Below are positions 40,584 through 50,649 of a stretch of 64,000 nucleotides of DNA, piece by piece (the stretch's first letter is position 1; every line of letters begins with the position of its first letter). The position numbers were made by a program, and so were the translations under genes. The notes under the pieces are model-generated. The model ran no database searches. It was not told where the DNA came from and saw only the letters and a program-made list of their open reading frames with translations. Location of the stretch: contig NZ_JBMFOX010000002.1 of assembly GCF_049969415.1 (NCBI RefSeq), positions 1-64,000 of the forward strand, in the 5' to 3' direction. Source of the DNA: Candidatus Hadarchaeum sp. GTDB taxonomy: Archaea > Hadarchaeota > Hadarchaeia > Hadarchaeales > Hadarchaeaceae.

Positions 40584-41792
40584 TTGACCAAGAGCGTTGA
40601 TGAGGTTAGGGCGGATATACCGTTTTTGCGCACGGGAATTATCTACCTGGACAATGCCGCCACCACACCCACGCCCGAGCCGGTGATTGAGGCAATGTTG
40701 AGTTACTACCACGAGTTCAGCGCAAACGTGGGTCGGGGTTTGCACCGGGCGGCCAAGCGTGCCACTGAAGAATTCGAGGCGGCCCGCGAGAAGGTTGCCC
40801 GCGTCATAGGCGCCAAGCCTGATGAAATAATCTTCACCAAGAACACGACCGAGGCCATAAACCTCGTTGCCCGCGGGCTGGGTCTGAAAAGGGACGACAA
40901 GGTAATAACGTCTTTGTTTGAGCACCACAGCAATCTTTTGCCTTGGCAGCGGCTGGAGAGGGAGCGTGGGGTGAAGCTGGAGGTGGTGGGGAGCTCCCGA
41001 GAGTGTCTGCTTAATCCCGCCGAGTTCGAGGCAGCGATTGACCGGAACACCCGCCTCATAACCACCCACCATGTTTCTAACGCAATCGGCAGCGTACAGC
41101 CGGTTGAGGAAATCGGTAAGTTGGCCCGGGATTATGGGGTCCTTTACTTAGTCGATGCCGCGCAGTCGGTAGGGCATATGCCCGTTGACGTTCGCAAGAT
41201 TGGCTGTGATTTCATGGCGGCGCCCGGGCACAAAGGCCTCCTTGGTCCGCAGGGAACTGGCTTCCTTTACGCCCGTGAGGACAAGATTTCCGCGCTGGAG
41301 CCTCTTTTGACAGGAGGGGGAATCGTGGAGGATGTCGACCTGCACAGCGCCAGGCTTGTCGATCCCCCTCAGATTTTCGACGCCGGGACGCCGAACATTC
41401 CGGGCATCATCGGCTTGGGCAGGGCCTGCGAGTATGTGATGGACATTGGCATTGATAAAATTGCGGAGAGGGAGATGGAGCTTACTAGGCGCATGCTTAA
41501 GATAGCGGAAAACAGCAGAGTTGAAGTCTACGGTCCCAGAGGCTTGGAGCGGCGCGGAGGGGTGGTTAGCTTCAACATCAGCGGGCTCAGCCCTCACGAG
41601 GTGGCCTCCATGCTCGATGAACTGGCCAAGATCGCCGTTCGTTCCGGGCACCACTGCGCCCAGCCCACCTTCAGGCATCTGAGGATCAACGGCACCGCCC
41701 GCGCCTCGGTTCACTATTTCAATCTGGAGAGCGAGGTAGAAAAGTTCGTGGAGCTGGTAGGAGAGATAGCTAAGGAGTTAGGGACTTTATAG
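40584..41792 (+). CDS. Cysteine desulfurase, class II (SufS/Csd-like)
   Basis: YLDNAAT, EHHSN, DAAQ, GHK, RSGHHCA. Confidence 0.93.
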   Translation: MTKSVDEVRADIPFLRTGIIYLDNAATTPTPEPVIEAMLSYYHEFSANVGRGLHRAAKRATEEFEAAREKVARVIGAKPDEIIFTKNTTEAINLVARGLGLKRDDKVITSLFEHHSNLLPWQRLERERGVKLEVVGSSRECLLNPAEFEAAIDRNTRLITTHHVSNAIGSVQPVEEIGKLARDYGVLYLVDAAQSVGHMPVDVRKIGCDFMAAPGHKGLLGPQGTGFLYAREDKISALEPLLTGGGIVEDVDLHSARLVDPPQIFDAGTPNIPGIIGLGRACEYVMDIGIDKIAEREMELTRRMLKIAENSRVEVYGPRGLERRGGVVSFNISGLSPHEVASMLDELAKIAVRSGHHCAQPTFRHLRINGTARASVHYFNLESEVEKFVELVGEIAKELGTL

Positions 41793-42815
41793 CGACCATT
41801 TCTCCGAGAGGGCCATTTTTACCTCATCGATTACTTTCAAATGATTTCTTACTTCCGGAGTAGCGAATTTTTCACCCTGCATTGCTCGAACTACATAGAC
41901 AGCACCGCTGGCGAGGGCTTCTAGATCATATCCACCTTCGAGGAGAAAAACCACCCTTCCCTTACACCACTTCTCCGCTTGGTCAATCACGGTGCTGGAC
42001 AGCCAACCGTAGGCTTGGGTGGATAGATGCAGTCCAGTCAGAGGATCGTCGAAGTGGGCGTCAAATCCCGCTGAAACGGCGAAGAACTCCGGCTTAAATT
42101 TTTCACAGAGCGGGATGAAGATTTCCCTCATTGCCCCCCAGTATTCCGCATCACCGCTGCCTGGCGGCATCGGTACGTTGACCTTTAGCCCACGGCCTTT
42201 GCCCTCACCAATCTCGTCGGGAAATCCGGTACCGGGGTAGAGCGTCAGCGGGTGCTGGTGCAGTGACATGTAGAGCACGCTCGGGTCATCATAAAATATC
42301 TCCTGCGTCCCGTTCCCGTGATGGGCGTCGAAGTCGAGCACAAAAAACCGTTTCAGTTTGAAGTCTCGCTTCAGGCGTTCAATCATTATCGCGACGTTGT
42401 TGAAGTAACAGAAACCTCCGCCGCGGCTTCGGCCAGCGTGGTGGCCCGGTGGCCTCACTAGGGCAAAGGCATTTTTGACCCGGCCTGACATCACGATGGT
42501 GCCGGCATCAATCGCCCCACCGGCGGCGAGCAGCGCCAGCTCAAAGGTATTTTTTTTCGTAGGGGTGTCGCCGTCGATCGGCCTTTCCATTGCACTCATT
42601 TTTTCCACGAGTGAGACGTATTCGGGGTCGTGGACCAGTTTGATGTCTTCGGGCTTGGCGGGGCGAGGCTCGATTACCCCGATTTCCGGCGTCTGCCAGA
42701 GATTGAACCTCTTCAGCCCGTTGACGATTGCCTTCAGACGTTCTGGCCTTTCCGGGTGACCTAGGCCCGGGTTATGTTCCAGATATTTTTCCGAGTAAAC
42801 AAGCGCGGTTCTCAT
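41787..42815 (-). CDS. Histone deacetylase family protein
   Basis: HPERPER, RPPGHHA, GFC.FNN, DFDAHHGNG, SAGFD, EGGY. Confidence 0.94.
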   Translation of the reverse strand: MRTALVYSEKYLEHNPGLGHPERPERLKAIVNGLKRFNLWQTPEIGVIEPRPAKPEDIKLVHDPEYVSLVEKMSAMERPIDGDTPTKKNTFELALLAAGGAIDAGTIVMSGRVKNAFALVRPPGHHAGRSRGGGFCYFNNVAIMIERLKRDFKLKRFFVLDFDAHHGNGTQEIFYDDPSVLYMSLHQHPLTLYPGTGFPDEIGEGKGRGLKVNVPMPPGSGDAEYWGAMREIFIPLCEKFKPEFFAVSAGFDAHFDDPLTGLHLSTQAYGWLSSTVIDQAEKWCKGRVVFLLEGGYDLEALASGAVYVVRAMQGEKFATPEVRNHLKVIDEVKMALSEKWSL

Positions 42816-42818
42816 GGT

Positions 42819-43496
42819 TCACTTCTCCACAAATTTAGCTTCCTTGATAAGTAAATACCCATTGGTCCCCGTCCAGATCTTTTCCACATTTACGGCTTCA
42901 ATTCTTTTTTTAAAAAGAGGCGCGTCTAGAACGAAGCTCTCATATTCCCCGCCCTCGCCGCTAGGATTTATCCCATACTTTTTACTCAACTTCTCCAGGT
43001 CCTCGATGGTCCCCTCGTCGATTCTCCTACCCAGCCAGCTCTGGTCAAATCCTTGGGCGGAGACGCTGGTGATAATGATTTCAAATCCTGTTTTAGTCAT
43101 CTTATAAAGGATTTCAATAGGGTTGGATCCCCAGAGAGGAGAAAGGGAAACTAGGCCCAGCTCTCTGGCGATTAGGTCAATCCTGTTTTTCTGGTACGAG
43201 CTGGAGATGCTTCCGCTGACGATTCCCTCTATCTCTTTCCTCACCCCTTCGATGGCCTCTTTAAGGTCCCTGAGTTCGCTCTCTTTTTCACCGGGCGTCT
43301 GCCGGATAATCTGTTTGATCCCCATGGCCTCAGCTTGTAGCTTGGTGGCTTCGATGTTTACTGAGTGAAACATCCAAGAGTAGGGGTTCTTGGGGAACAT
43401 CGTGATGAGGTATTTCACTTCCAGCCCCCTTTTGAGGGAGAGATAGGTGGCGTAAGTTGAGTCCTTTCCCCCGGTGAAGAGAACGGCGGCTTTCAT
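42819..43496 (-). CDS. dph6: Diphthine-ammonia ligase
   Basis: TGGKDS, S.MFH, PLW, GEGGEYES.V.D.P.F. Confidence 0.9.
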   Translation of the reverse strand: MKAAVLFTGGKDSTYATYLSLKRGLEVKYLITMFPKNPYSWMFHSVNIEATKLQAEAMGIKQIIRQTPGEKESELRDLKEAIEGVRKEIEGIVSGSISSSYQKNRIDLIARELGLVSLSPLWGSNPIEILYKMTKTGFEIIITSVSAQGFDQSWLGRRIDEGTIEDLEKLSKKYGINPSGEGGEYESFVLDAPLFKKRIEAVNVEKIWTGTNGYLLIKEAKFVEK

Positions 43497-43569
43497 CTGA
43501 GCACGACCAATCAGGTGGATTTAATTTCAACTTTAAATAGATAGGTTCAGAATTAATTTCGGTGCCCGG

Positions 43570-43926
43570 GTGAAGAGACCGCTGGTAGCCCTTCTGGTTC
43601 TTGTGGCTGGAGTATTTTTGATGCTGGAAGGCTCAAAACTTTACACCGTTTCATTTTTGACCGATTTAATTCTGCTCATCGGCGGTGCCGTTCTCACCAT
43701 ATCCTACCTACCGCTAATGGGAGACTACCTTACAAAAAAATTCGGCGGAAACTCTGTCATAACTTACCTCCCCGTTCTCGCAGTTTTAGGTGCTGGATTG
43801 ATCTGGCAGTCGGGCTTTAGAATTCTGGCCTTGACGGACAGGATTATTTTTGTCGTTATTGGGGCAATCTTACTGGCCGCTTCTTTGATTTATCTCCGTG
43901 GCATCATGAAATCTGGTTCGAAATGA
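43570..43926 (+). CDS. Hypothetical 4-TM membrane protein
   Basis: Four hydrophobic segments; fills the gap between flanking genes. Confidence 0.7.
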   Translation: MKRPLVALLVLVAGVFLMLEGSKLYTVSFLTDLILLIGGAVLTISYLPLMGDYLTKKFGGNSVITYLPVLAVLGAGLIWQSGFRILALTDRIIFVVIGAILLAASLIYLRGIMKSGSK

Positions 43927-43941
43927 TTCCACCGGCCAGAC

Positions 43942-45852
43942 TTAAATTACTCCCCGGTTAAAGTGTCCCGTTGTATAACCTTTCCTTATTTTGCAGTCGT
44001 CAAATGGTTCGAAGTTCAATATTTTTCGATAGATGCGTATGAACCTATCGACGTCCTTCTCTACGTCGATATAAAAATATTTTATGTCGGCTCGGACGTA
44101 GTCGCGAGCCTTGTTGAACAAACCCAGTTGTTTCCAGTTTAGTATTTCTGTTATGCCGTGGTTGTTTCTGACCCTGAAACGTCTGCCCTGCTCGTCGATG
44201 AGTTCCTTGGCCTTCAACTTCTGCCTACTGTTCATTAATACGATGTCACCGTGGATCATCACGATGAAACGCTTGTTCTTCAGCGAGACCATTTCTCGGA
44301 AATTTAGTTCTGGAGAGATGATGGGGATGCCCGGGTAGCAGCTGAGATCGACGTCGTTGAAACAGTTGAAGGAATAATCCAAGTGGATGTCGATCCCATT
44401 CAAAAATGGCAACAGCCCCCGATTACCGACCAGCACACCTTCGGGGCCTATTTGTTTTATTTCTTCAGCGATTTCAACCAGACGTTGATCCGAGATTATT
44501 CGCGGGGTGTAGACGAAGAATCTAGATTTCTTCACCAAGTTTTTAACTTCCCTGCAATCTTCCTTGAGGACATCGTAGTAAACCACGTCAGCACCAGCTT
44601 CTTCGGCGGCTATCGCCATTTCGCGATTGTAGACCTTAGCAAAGATTTTGACAGCCGAATTGTTTTCAACTGGTTTAAAGCTGGGCAGCGTGATTTTGTT
44701 CGTTTTCAAGGTTGCTTTTACAGGTTTTATTTCATCGCCCAGTTCAAGCCTAATGTCAACAGATGAGGTTTTGTATATCAGGGAGCCGTCATCCGCTCCC
44801 CTAGTGTCTATCTCAACCTCGTCACCGGCAAAAGCCTGTTCCACCTCAACGCCGTCTTTTAAAATTCTGCCTACCTTGTATCCCCGAATTTCCTCGTTGA
44901 TCCAGATGGCCACCCCATCGCCGATTTTCAGGCCGGCCCTTAGTCTCAACTTGCCGCCCTTGATACAGCCAAGAAACAGACCCCGGTTCTTCGGACTTTT
45001 TGAGTCCACGATGTTGTCGTTGAAGGCGAAGCCGGTGGTGAACCCCCTGTTGAAGACGACCATGAGGTCTTCGATGTCCTTTTTATCAACCTTGAAATTC
45101 CCCTGATAATAGGCGTCGATGTATTTGTGATAGATGCGAGCCACCGTGGCTACATAGAGCGGGCCCCTCAGCCGCCCCTCGACCTTCAGGGACTTAACGC
45201 CGGCCTCGATTATCTCGGGAAGCTTTGGCAATAGACAGAGGTCCATGGTACTCAGCGGATACTTGTTGTTGTATTTCTTCCGGCAGGGCTGGGCACACAT
45301 TCCCCTGTTGCCGCTCCTGCCACCGGCGATTGAGGAGAAGAGACATTGCCCGCTGTAGCTAAAACAAAGTGCCCCGTGGACGAAGACTTCCGTGGGGAAT
45401 TTTTGAGACATGGCCTTTACTTCCCCGTAGGATAGCTCCCTAGCGAGAATGACTCGGTCGATGCCCTTAGGTATCGAATAGCTGTTGACCGTTGTTGCCT
45501 GCGTGGAAAGATGGATCTCCAGACCGGGGAAGTTTTGCCTGATCAACGGGATGAGGCAATGGTCTTGGATAATGATGGCGTCAGCTCCAGCAGAATAGGC
45601 CACGTTAATCAGCTTGAAGTAGTCCTCAAGTTCATCATTTTTGACTAGGGTGTTGAATGCCACGTAAACCCTGACTTTTCTTTCGTGACAGTAATTCACG
45701 GCACTGAAGATGTTTTTCTCGTTGAAATTTTCGGCCAACATTCTGGCGTTGAATTTGCTCAGGCCGAGATAGACGGCGTCGGCTCCATTTTTTACCGCGG
45801 CCCTTAGGCACAGCTCATTGCCAGCAGGCAGAACCAGTTCCACTTTCGACAT
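43942..45852 (-). CDS. U32 family protein (RlhA/TrhP-like RNA hydroxylation family)
   Basis: GADAVY, H.STQ, E.FVHGALC.SYSGQC, NRG.CAQPCR, K.EGR, YTTGHF.RG. Confidence 0.9.
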   Translation of the reverse strand: MSKVELVLPAGNELCLRAAVKNGADAVYLGLSKFNARMLAENFNEKNIFSAVNYCHERKVRVYVAFNTLVKNDELEDYFKLINVAYSAGADAIIIQDHCLIPLIRQNFPGLEIHLSTQATTVNSYSIPKGIDRVILARELSYGEVKAMSQKFPTEVFVHGALCFSYSGQCLFSSIAGGRSGNRGMCAQPCRKKYNNKYPLSTMDLCLLPKLPEIIEAGVKSLKVEGRLRGPLYVATVARIYHKYIDAYYQGNFKVDKKDIEDLMVVFNRGFTTGFAFNDNIVDSKSPKNRGLFLGCIKGGKLRLRAGLKIGDGVAIWINEEIRGYKVGRILKDGVEVEQAFAGDEVEIDTRGADDGSLIYKTSSVDIRLELGDEIKPVKATLKTNKITLPSFKPVENNSAVKIFAKVYNREMAIAAEEAGADVVYYDVLKEDCREVKNLVKKSRFFVYTPRIISDQRLVEIAEEIKQIGPEGVLVGNRGLLPFLNGIDIHLDYSFNCFNDVDLSCYPGIPIISPELNFREMVSLKNKRFIVMIHGDIVLMNSRQKLKAKELIDEQGRRFRVRNNHGITEILNWKQLGLFNKARDYVRADIKYFYIDVEKDVDRFIRIYRKILNFEPFDDCKIRKGYTTGHFNRGVI

Positions 45853-45950
45853 CCGAAAAGATAGTTGAACCTCTGTTTGTAAAAGGTTTGAACCAACTTA
45901 ATATCGGCGCGCCGCCACTTATTTTGGAGGTCGAAATCAGGAGGGATCCG

Positions 45951-46808
45951 ATGAACATCTCAGCAGGGGTGCCTTTTGGGTTGGTGGCGATGCTTTCTTG
46001 GGGCATAGCCGATTTCTTTGCGGCCAGAGCGATTAGAAACGTAGGAGTGTTCAAAACGCTTGTCTGGGGGCAAACTATCGGCCTGCTGGTTTTGATTTTC
46101 ACCTCTTTCTTGGTCGGAGTCTTCACCCCCACTATTGACATGATTGGGATTATTTTGCTTGCCGGATTTCTTAACGTGGTCGCCTGTTTGTCTTTTTATC
46201 AGGGACTACAGGTCGGGAAGGTTTCCATAGTCAGTCCCGTTTCAGCTTCCTGGGTCGTAGTTACCGTCATTCTGAGCTTAATTTTCCTCGGAGAAACTCT
46301 TTCCTCATTGCAGGCCGCCGGCGTTGTTCTTACCATTTCTGGAATTTTTCTGATTTCTTTCAGATTGCGGGACCTCTTTGGTCTTAGGTTGAAAAACATC
46401 GCCGCCGGGGTGCAGTTTGCGGCAGTGTCGATGGTGGCCTGGGGAGTGCACTACATTTTCTTCGATATCCTTGTCGCTGGATGTGGCTGGTTCTTGCCTG
46501 TTTTAGCGGTCAAAGCTGTCACCGTGTCCTGCTTGTTGCTGTACGCAGGCTTTGCGAAGAGGGATGTCTCCTATCCGAGGAATGTAGCACCTCTGGTGAT
46601 TATGGTTGGATTTTTAGAGGCCGCGGCTTTCTTGTCCTACGGAGCCGGAGTGTCCTTAGAGTTCACGGCAATCGTGGCTCCAGTTGCGGCAACTTTTCCC
46701 TTGGTGACCATTGTGCTGGCTAGGATATTTTTCAAGGAGATGATGGAGGTTAACCAGAAAATTGGTATCGGCGCGGTATTATTGGGCTTGGTTTTGCTAT
46801 CAGTTTGA
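45951..46808 (+). CDS. EamA/DMT family transporter
   Basis: WG..DF, G.VS.VSP, two repeats, about 10 TM. Confidence 0.88.
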   Translation: MNISAGVPFGLVAMLSWGIADFFAARAIRNVGVFKTLVWGQTIGLLVLIFTSFLVGVFTPTIDMIGIILLAGFLNVVACLSFYQGLQVGKVSIVSPVSASWVVVTVILSLIFLGETLSSLQAAGVVLTISGIFLISFRLRDLFGLRLKNIAAGVQFAAVSMVAWGVHYIFFDILVAGCGWFLPVLAVKAVTVSCLLLYAGFAKRDVSYPRNVAPLVIMVGFLEAAAFLSYGAGVSLEFTAIVAPVAATFPLVTIVLARIFFKEMMEVNQKIGIGAVLLGLVLLSV

Positions 46809-46811
46809 TTT

Positions 46812-47471
46812 TTAGCTTACCAAATTCAGTTTTTTCAATCCTGCCACGATTTGTTCAGTAATCAACTCTGGAGGGGCATCCACGGAGTTGCAGGTGACGG
46901 TTATCACCGGTATCCTTTTCTTGTAATATTCCAGCAGAGGTTCGGTTTGTTTTTCATAAACCCGGAATCTTTCCTCGATGACCGACTCTTTATCGTCGTC
47001 CCTCTGATAAAGAGGTCCGCCGCATTTATCGCAAATTTCATCAACCTTCGGCTTTAGTACAAGGAGGTTGTAGACCGCCCCGCAATTTTTACAGACCCTT
47101 CTCGCCGAAAGCCTTTTCACGATGATCTCCTTAGGTACCGACAAGTTGATGCAGGCGTCTATTTTCACGATCTCATCTAGGGCCCTGGCCTGTTCCAGCG
47201 TTCGGGGAAAGCCGTCAAGGATGAAACCATTTTTACAGTCGGGCTGATTGATCCTTTCCCTTATCACTTCAATCACGATTTTGTCCGGAACCAGCTGACC
47301 GCTGTCCAAATATTTTTTAATTTTTTTGCCCAGCTCCGTACTTTCTTTAATTTCATTCCTGAAGATGTCTCCCGTGGAGATGGCCGGGATGTTAAATATT
47401 GATTTTAGCCTTGAGGTCTGGGTGCCTTTGCCCGATCCCGGTGCTCCCAGCATTATCAGTTTCACCCTCAT
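46812..47471 (-). CDS. adk: Adenylate kinase, bacterial-type with Zn lid
   Basis: GAPGSGKGT, STGD, LDGFPR, CKNC..CDKC, QRDDD. Confidence 0.95.
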   Translation of the reverse strand: MRVKLIMLGAPGSGKGTQTSRLKSIFNIPAISTGDIFRNEIKESTELGKKIKKYLDSGQLVPDKIVIEVIRERINQPDCKNGFILDGFPRTLEQARALDEIVKIDACINLSVPKEIIVKRLSARRVCKNCGAVYNLLVLKPKVDEICDKCGGPLYQRDDDKESVIEERFRVYEKQTEPLLEYYKKRIPVITVTCNSVDAPPELITEQIVAGLKKLNLVS

Positions 47472-47529
47472 CGCCCCGTCAACGTTTTTGGTTCAAGAAT
47501 CTATTTGAGCACCCCTATAATAAACTGTC

Positions 47530-48006
47530 GTGGGAAAGGCTCTTGGAGGTTCAAAACCGTGGTTTATTGAAGGGGGTGAGCAGATCATTGAAGTAATAAT
47601 TTTTATTCTGGGGCTGCTGCTGGGAATCGCCTTGGCTTTCATCTACTTAAGGGGACAGCTGGCGATTCGGTTTGAGCGCTGGAAGTCAGAATTTGAGGAA
47701 AGGATCAGACAGGAGGTCCTCGAGAGAAGCCGCGCCGTGCTCAAGGGAAAGATAGCCGAACAGCTCGCCCCGCTGTTGCCCATGTTCAAGTATGAACCCG
47801 CCGACGCAAGATTTCTGGGTTCCCCTGTGGATTATGTGGTTTTCGAGGGTTACAAGGAGGGAGAACCAAAAGGGGTGGTCTTCGTTGACATCAAGACGGG
47901 CAAGAGCGCCGATCTCACGCCGCTACAGCGGAAATTAAAGCAGGTGATTGAACAGGGAAGGGTGCACTGGGAGACCATTCATCTGGGTGGCTTAGAAAGC
48001 GAATAA
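47530..48006 (+). CDS. Membrane-anchored Holliday-junction-resolvase-like endonuclease (COG4741); start probably near 47584-47587
   Basis: SRAVLKG..EQLAP, RFLGSPVDYVVF.G, DIKTG. Confidence 0.85.
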   Translation: MGKALGGSKPWFIEGGEQIIEVIIFILGLLLGIALAFIYLRGQLAIRFERWKSEFEERIRQEVLERSRAVLKGKIAEQLAPLLPMFKYEPADARFLGSPVDYVVFEGYKEGEPKGVVFVDIKTGKSADLTPLQRKLKQVIEQGRVHWETIHLGGLESE

Positions 48007-48020
48007 TTTTTTGGTGGTGC

Positions 48021-49247
48021 TTAGAGGCCGAGGATGTCCAAAGCGCTGCCTTTTACACCAGCAAAGAAGAGGATGCAGGGTACCATGAGCACTCCCATGG
48101 CGTGGGTCCTTTTGACCTTTGATACGGCGGGCAAAATCCCGATGGCCGTGGCGGTGGCGAGCACCAGAATTCCCATCACTCCGGAGCAGTGAATGGTGAG
48201 TGCGAGTATGAATACCATGACGGTGATACCGAGGCCACGATAGGGAAAACGGTCTATGTATCTTGCGGCAAGCTTCCCCAGCTGGAGCTGCAGGTTTGCT
48301 GCGATTCCTCCAGCAAGTAAAACCGCGCCGATGATTAGTAGCGGGGTGATGGTCCCTGTATCCATGATCTTCTCGACGGCAACCGCGGCCCCGCTTCTGG
48401 CCCTCCCGATGGCGAAGATGGCAACGAAGGAGAAAACTGCCTTGGAGACGTTCACGCTGCTCACTGATATTAGAAATTCTTCGTTGCCTTTGGAACGTAC
48501 AGCCAGCTGGGCCAGCACGGTTCCCTGTGACGGACCGATGCTCGGCACGATTCCGGTCAAAATTCCTGCAGCGGCTCCCGCACACACGGGTTTTAATCCC
48601 GTTTTGATATTCACCGGTTCATCTTCAGTATGCTGTTCCGGAAGAGAGCTGCAGTTGAAGATGCTGGGCAACAGCACGCTAACTCCGAAAAGGCCGGAAA
48701 GCAGGGGCAGCAGAGAGGAGTCTGCAGGCATCAGTCCGGTGTCCAGTGAAAAAAGACCGAGTAATCCAGACATCAAAAAGATCGCCGCGGCCCAGACAAT
48801 TTTCCTCAAGGAGCGCTCTAGAAAAATCATTATTCCGGCGACAGCGAGAAGCAACCAGTGCATCTGGGGCCTGATGGCGGCATAAATCGGTCCGATGACG
48901 GGCATGAGTGGCAAGGCCAGAGCCGCGGACAGCAACACTCCACCTAGGCACCCGGTTGTTGTGAGCCTTATTGCCTGATACCCCCTACCCTCAAGAAGAA
49001 GCCGGTGTGCGGGCAGCACGGACAACTCGTTGCCTTCTTCCGGGGCCGCCAAAAAGGTTGCCGGAATGTAGCTGATGAAAGCGTTCGTGATCGACATGGC
49101 GACTATCAGAGCCGCCATCTCCGCCGAGGCACCGGTGGAAAGAGCGATTAGAATCGGAGCTAGGTTATTGACGTGAAGGCCCGGAATCAGACCGGTCAGG
49201 GTCCCTAGAGCCACACCCGCCAAGACGTGGGCGAGCGTTTCCAGCAT
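48021..49247 (-). CDS. TctA-like (DUF112) membrane protein
   Basis: GLIPGLHVN, P..FL..P, LP.H.L..G.G. Confidence 0.85.
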   Translation of the reverse strand: MLETLAHVLAGVALGTLTGLIPGLHVNNLAPILIALSTGASAEMAALIVAMSITNAFISYIPATFLAAPEEGNELSVLPAHRLLLEGRGYQAIRLTTTGCLGGVLLSAALALPLMPVIGPIYAAIRPQMHWLLLAVAGIMIFLERSLRKIVWAAAIFLMSGLLGLFSLDTGLMPADSSLLPLLSGLFGVSVLLPSIFNCSSLPEQHTEDEPVNIKTGLKPVCAGAAAGILTGIVPSIGPSQGTVLAQLAVRSKGNEEFLISVSSVNVSKAVFSFVAIFAIGRARSGAAVAVEKIMDTGTITPLLIIGAVLLAGGIAANLQLQLGKLAARYIDRFPYRGLGITVMVFILALTIHCSGVMGILVLATATAIGILPAVSKVKRTHAMGVLMVPCILFFAGVKGSALDILGL

Positions 49248-49913
49248 CTAGGCATCCTCGATCACATGCAAATGCGAGGCGCTAGTTAACTTCAGCTCGA
49301 CTTTTCCGTTGTAGAGCTGCACCCAGCCGTCCACTCGGACGGTATCACCGACGTGCACTTCGGGCAAGCCATCTTCGACAATCCAAGACGGAATGAAGAC
49401 CTGTATCAGGTTACCGTCATCTTGTAGCGTCAGCACCAGATTTCCGCTCCCAACGATTTCACGCTTGGAGATTACACCTTGGACCTTGGCTGGAGAGCCG
49501 GCGTTTGCCTCGGTGATTTCGGACAACGCCACCGGCGCTGTATGCACGACTTTGATGTCTTCAGCTTCCTCTGGAATAACTTCAAACTCCCCTTGGTAGA
49601 GGGCGACCTCCCCCGTTATCTCCACGTTGTCCAGCAGCTCAATTAAGTCCTCAAGTTGGGCACGGGTTCGGGAGAAAATCGGCACGTTGACGAGGCTGCC
49701 GGACTTATCCTTCACCTTCAAAAAGAGGTGCCCCGCCTCATGTTCCCGATAGTCGATGACCTGTCCCGACACGGAGACCCTAAGACCGATGAAGCTCTCG
49801 TTCAGGCTAGCGATTGGCGTGATTCTAGGCCTGTTCGAGATCGCGGCCGCATATATGGCGGCCAAGCCCACCAAGGAACATATCAGGCTCAGCTTAGCCA
49901 TGTTTCTTGCCAT
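49248..49913 (-). CDS. Membrane-anchored tandem OB-fold protein
   Basis: N-terminal hydrophobic helix; two repeats V.G.V..L.V.D..G.V..Y.G..E. Confidence 0.8.
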   Translation of the reverse strand: MARNMAKLSLICSLVGLAAIYAAAISNRPRITPIASLNESFIGLRVSVSGQVIDYREHEAGHLFLKVKDKSGSLVNVPIFSRTRAQLEDLIELLDNVEITGEVALYQGEFEVIPEEAEDIKVVHTAPVALSEITEANAGSPAKVQGVISKREIVGSGNLVLTLQDDGNLIQVFIPSWIVEDGLPEVHVGDTVRVDGWVQLYNGKVELKLTSASHLHVIEDA

Positions 49914-50020
49914 GTTTTACCCAGCGGTGCTTTGCGGGATGGTTTTTAATAAGTGAAAAAGCCGAGCAGCGGGGAGACGATAATTATTATAACCTGTGGG
50001 TTTAGTTAATTTTGATCTTC

Positions 50021-50632
50021 ATGTTTGGGTTCACCGGTACCGTAGTTGGTCTGAGATGCAAGGAAGGCATAGCGCTGGCATCGGACACCCGCGGTACTTC
50101 ATATTACCTTGTGGTCAGCAAGAGGGTTCCTAAGTTGTTTAAGCTTGACGATTTCATCGGTGCCGCGATTGCGGGAAATTCTGGAGATATTCAGAGCTTT
50201 GTGAGCCTGCTCCGGGCCGAGGCCAACCTCTATCGGTTGAATCAAGGCCGCCACATCACGACAAAGGGCTTGGTGCAGGTGGCATCGAACCTCCTCTTCG
50301 GCAGGCGGGCTTTTCCCTACATTGTCGCCGGCATTATCTCCGGCATAGACCCAGAGGGACCCAACCTGTATTTCCTTGACCCGGTGGGCGGGAAGATTGA
50401 GGAGGAGAAGTTTGCCAGCGCTGGAACGGGGTCGACGATTGCCTACGGGGTCCTCGAGCAAATGTACCGAGAGGACATGTCGTTGGAGGAATGTGCTAAG
50501 CTGGCGGCGCAGTCGATAAAAACGGCCATCGAGAGAGACGCAGCCACGGGTGAAAAAACAGTGGTGGCGATCATCGATAAAAATGGTTACCGGGAACTCT
50601 CTGACGAGGAGATCGCTAATTTACTCAGATAA
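50021..50632 (+). CDS. psmB: Proteasome beta subunit
   Basis: VG..LASD.R, IAG..D.Q, LDP.GG, GTGS..AYG.LE, RDAATG. Confidence 0.93.
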   Translation: MFGFTGTVVGLRCKEGIALASDTRGTSYYLVVSKRVPKLFKLDDFIGAAIAGNSGDIQSFVSLLRAEANLYRLNQGRHITTKGLVQVASNLLFGRRAFPYIVAGIISGIDPEGPNLYFLDPVGGKIEEEKFASAGTGSTIAYGVLEQMYREDMSLEECAKLAAQSIKTAIERDAATGEKTVVAIIDKNGYRELSDEEIANLLR

Positions 50633-50649
50633 TCAAGATTTTTAGGCAG

